Shown here in pieces: positions 61,360 to 64,000 of a stretch of DNA of 64,000 nt (position 1 is the first letter of the stretch; each line of letters opens with the position of its first letter). The stretch comes from Mytilus californianus (taxonomy: Eukaryota): positions 1,612,001 to 1,676,000 of the forward strand of contig NW_026262674.1 in the NCBI RefSeq assembly GCF_021869535.1, in the 5' to 3' direction. The position numbers and the translations under genes are program-made. The notes under the pieces are model-generated. The model searched no databases and was not told the origin of the DNA. It was given only the letters and a program-made list of their open reading frames with translations.

Positions 61360-62530
61360 TTTTTATACGCCCGTCAAAATTTTAACAAAAGAACAGTGTT
61401 TCAATGTCCCCCATGTTGCACATATTTGATATTTCCAAGGGGCATAACTCTTTTTAAAAAACTTTGATGACTGTGTAAAATTGTCTTAAAAGGGCAATAA
61501 CTCCTTAAGATGGCTCGGGAGTCTTCCTCCATTTTGTCGTCTGTCCGTCTGTTCGTCTATCCGTCTGTCCGTCTGTCTGTCTGTCCGTCTTTCCGCCTGT
61601 CCGTCTGTCTGTCCGGCGTAAACATGTCGCACCGTAACTTGAGAACGACTTATCCAAATTTCATGAAACCTAACATAGTTGTTTCTTATGATGGTCAAAC
61701 GATCTGTATACTTTTTGGTGAAAATAAGATTAATACTTTTTGAGTTACGGGACTTAGTAACTAAAACAGGTGTGTGTTTTTTTTTTTCACATGTCGCGCC
61801 GTATCTCAAAAACAATTTATGATTATTGGTTAAAACTTTACACACTTCTTAGTTATATTAATCTCAAGATCTGTATATTTTTTGGTGATGATTCAAAATT
61901 TTAATTTAGAGATATTGAGTATTTTGTTAAAAAAAGGGGGAGGGGTTTTTCACATGTCGCGCTGTATCTCAAAAACAGTTTATGATTATTGCTTAAAACT
62001 TTACACACTTCTTAGTTATATTAATCTTAAGATCTGTATACTTTTTGGTGATGATTCAAAATTTCATTTTTGAGTTATTGGGTATTTTGTAAAAAAAAGG
62101 GGGGAGGGGTTTTTCACATGTCGTTCCGTATCTCAAAAACGATTTATGATTATTGCTTAAAATTTTACACACTTCTTAGTTATATTAATCTAAAGATCTG
62201 TATACTTTTTGGTTTTGATTCAATTTTTTATTTTTGAGATATTGATTTTTTTCTAAAAAAAAAGGGGGGGTTTTTACATGTCGCGCCGTATCTCAAAAAC
62301 TATTTATGATTATTGATTAAAATTTTACACACTTCTTAGTTATATTAATCTAAAGATCTGTATAATTTTTGGTTTTGATTCAAAAATTTTATTTTAGAGA
62401 TATTGAGTTTTCTGTGAAAAAAGGGGGTTTTCGCATGTCAGGCCGTATGTCAGAAACTATTTATGATTATTGCATAAAAATTCACACACAAGACGACGGG
62501 CGTATCATACGCTCATGGCGCAGCTGTTTA
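61360..62530 (+). mobile_element. HINE-like element with five ~163-bp units
   Basis: CTGT/CCGT microsatellite; GATCTGTATA repeated at ~61702, 61868, 62031, 62195 and 62356; tail GACGGGCGTATCATACGCTCATGGCGCAGC. Confidence 0.8.
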
Positions 62531-62662
62531 TTAAATTCTATGTATTCTTCAGCAATACACATCATCAATTGAAACAATGTGTTCAGCTATAGGCATATTG
62601 ACACATGTGTTCTGATCATATTTATTTTCCTACGTTCCAACATGTGCCCAATGGATCAGTCA

Positions 62663-62795
62663 CTGTGGCGGATCCCAGGGGGGGGGGGGGCGTGGGTTCG
62701 ATCAATGATTTTGAATGAGGACATATGGTTGTAACCCCCCTCCCCCTTTATCCTGGGTTGGAATCCCCTTTTAAAAATGGCTGGATCCGCCCCTG
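62663..62795. mobile_element. GC-rich hAT-like MITE
   Basis: GTGGCGGATCC ... GGATCCGCCCCTG; a degenerate sister copy lies at ~61165-61330. Confidence 0.6.
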
Positions 62796-63192
62796 TGGAT
62801 CATAGTATATATATTTACATCTTATGAACATTATCTTCTTTATAATGGTTTTTCACAGGAAAAAAAATTTGAAAGTCTGCGTATACATGTAGTATGTGCA
62901 TTGAATTGTGAACAAGTTTGACCATGCAGTTACCATGGTTACTTTCACGAATAACTAAAATACCTACAATTATGTATAAATTGAAATAATGTTACTAAAT
63001 AACAAAAAAAACAAAAAAAAGTTCAAATAAAAAACTAAAAGACCAGCTATTGTATTGTTACTATCATTGTTATGATTATTATTATTTTTGAAGATTAAAG
63101 AGTTGTGCAGCCATACAAATTAGAACTCGGATGATCCGATATTTGTTTTTTTTATGTTAACATTTTTTTTTTATATCTTTATATATATATAT

Positions 63193-63646
63193 GGAATAGG
63201 ATCCCAGTTACAGGATACCAGTCCAGACTGAGTACCCACGAATGAAGTCACTTAATAAATTTACCATCTTTTAAATGTCCCGAAATGAAAATTATGTAAA
63301 GATGTTCAAATTTGTTTTATGTTTAAAGGGTATTCATTAAACTTTCAACTTCTATTAAATTTTAATTCTGATTCTGAAATGTATAGGGTGGATGATTGTC
63401 TGAGTAAATGGTCCAAATTTAATTTTCGATTTTAACAAAATGACCCTGTTAATACTCAAAAAAGTATTGCTCTCTTAAATGCCGGTCATGACCTTTCAAT
63501 AATTCTCCCAGAAACCATGAAGGGGGCTACTTGTATGAGAAAGAAATTGAAATTTTGCAGTCTAATATAGGGATTAAAAAAATCTGCCCCTCAATTTGGA
63601 TAAAATTGCATTGAAGTAATGGGGGAAATAATTGGGTCCCTGTTCC
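63193..63646. mobile_element. MITE related to 24752-25215
   Basis: GGAATAGGATCCCAGTTA / TAATTGGGTCCCTGTTCC, flanked by AT on both sides. Confidence 0.65.
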
Positions 63647-64000
63647 ATATTTACTCGTATTTGCTACTTAATGTTACCATAACTACTAGTGTCAGTTTTT
63701 ATTATTACACATGTCACACATGGACAATATTTTGTTTCTTATTTTGTGTTTTTATAAGATGCATTAAAAGAATCCTGCATGCAAATACGTTATCATTTAC
63801 AAATAATCCGTTAAATTATTTACAAACGATGCATGAACAATAATTTTACTAAACTATATAGCTGTGTAGTTGCACTTTATTAAATATAGTTTTATTTTTA
63901 CGAACAATCAACGTAAGTAATAGCTCAGACATAAACAGTATAAATATAAGTAACGGTCAGTGTGCTATGATTGTCCATGAGACAACTATCCACATGCGTT

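Overview
AT-rich animal genomic DNA, most likely a mytilid bivalve (inferred from familiar repeat families; not verified). The window holds a cluster of single-coding-exon C2H2 zinc-finger (ZF) genes in a dense transposon and satellite landscape. The cluster order is: pseudogene (623-960,+), ZF-A (3918-6422,+), ZF-C (16995-18833,+), ZF-B (31817-33775,-), ZF-D (48194-49732,-, N-terminus disrupted) and ZF-E (59503-60843,+). No KRAB, SCAN, BTB or ZAD domain is recognisable. All five genes instead share a short N-terminal motif [VI]-[SP]-L-[DGE]-[QR]-[TN]-[ST]; in four of them (A, B, C, E) it is followed by a Cys knuckle. The most notable feature is in ZF-A, where the junction between this N-terminal segment and the first finger has been amplified into about 47 in-frame 9-aa units (GKECHGNVC type). 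This forms a ~420-aa Cys/His-rich, metallothionein-dense domain; ZF-B has about 5 units and ZF-E keeps the ancestral-looking unfused form. ZF-D has turned one frameshifted finger into an 83-bp minisatellite. ZF-B carries a ~790-bp internal duplication. A shared ~500-bp module with a GGTAAG splice donor lies co-oriented upstream of ZF-A, ZF-B and ZF-C. Mobile elements include a 4-kb MULE-like element (long TIRs, 9-bp TSD), a Ginger-like element, a Naiad-type Penelope RT, LINE and transposase remnants, two tRNA-derived SINEs, many Helentron-associated (HINE-like) elements with ~162-bp internal units, PIF/Tc1/hAT-type MITEs and foldback palindromes. All family assignments are from motif recognition without database searches.
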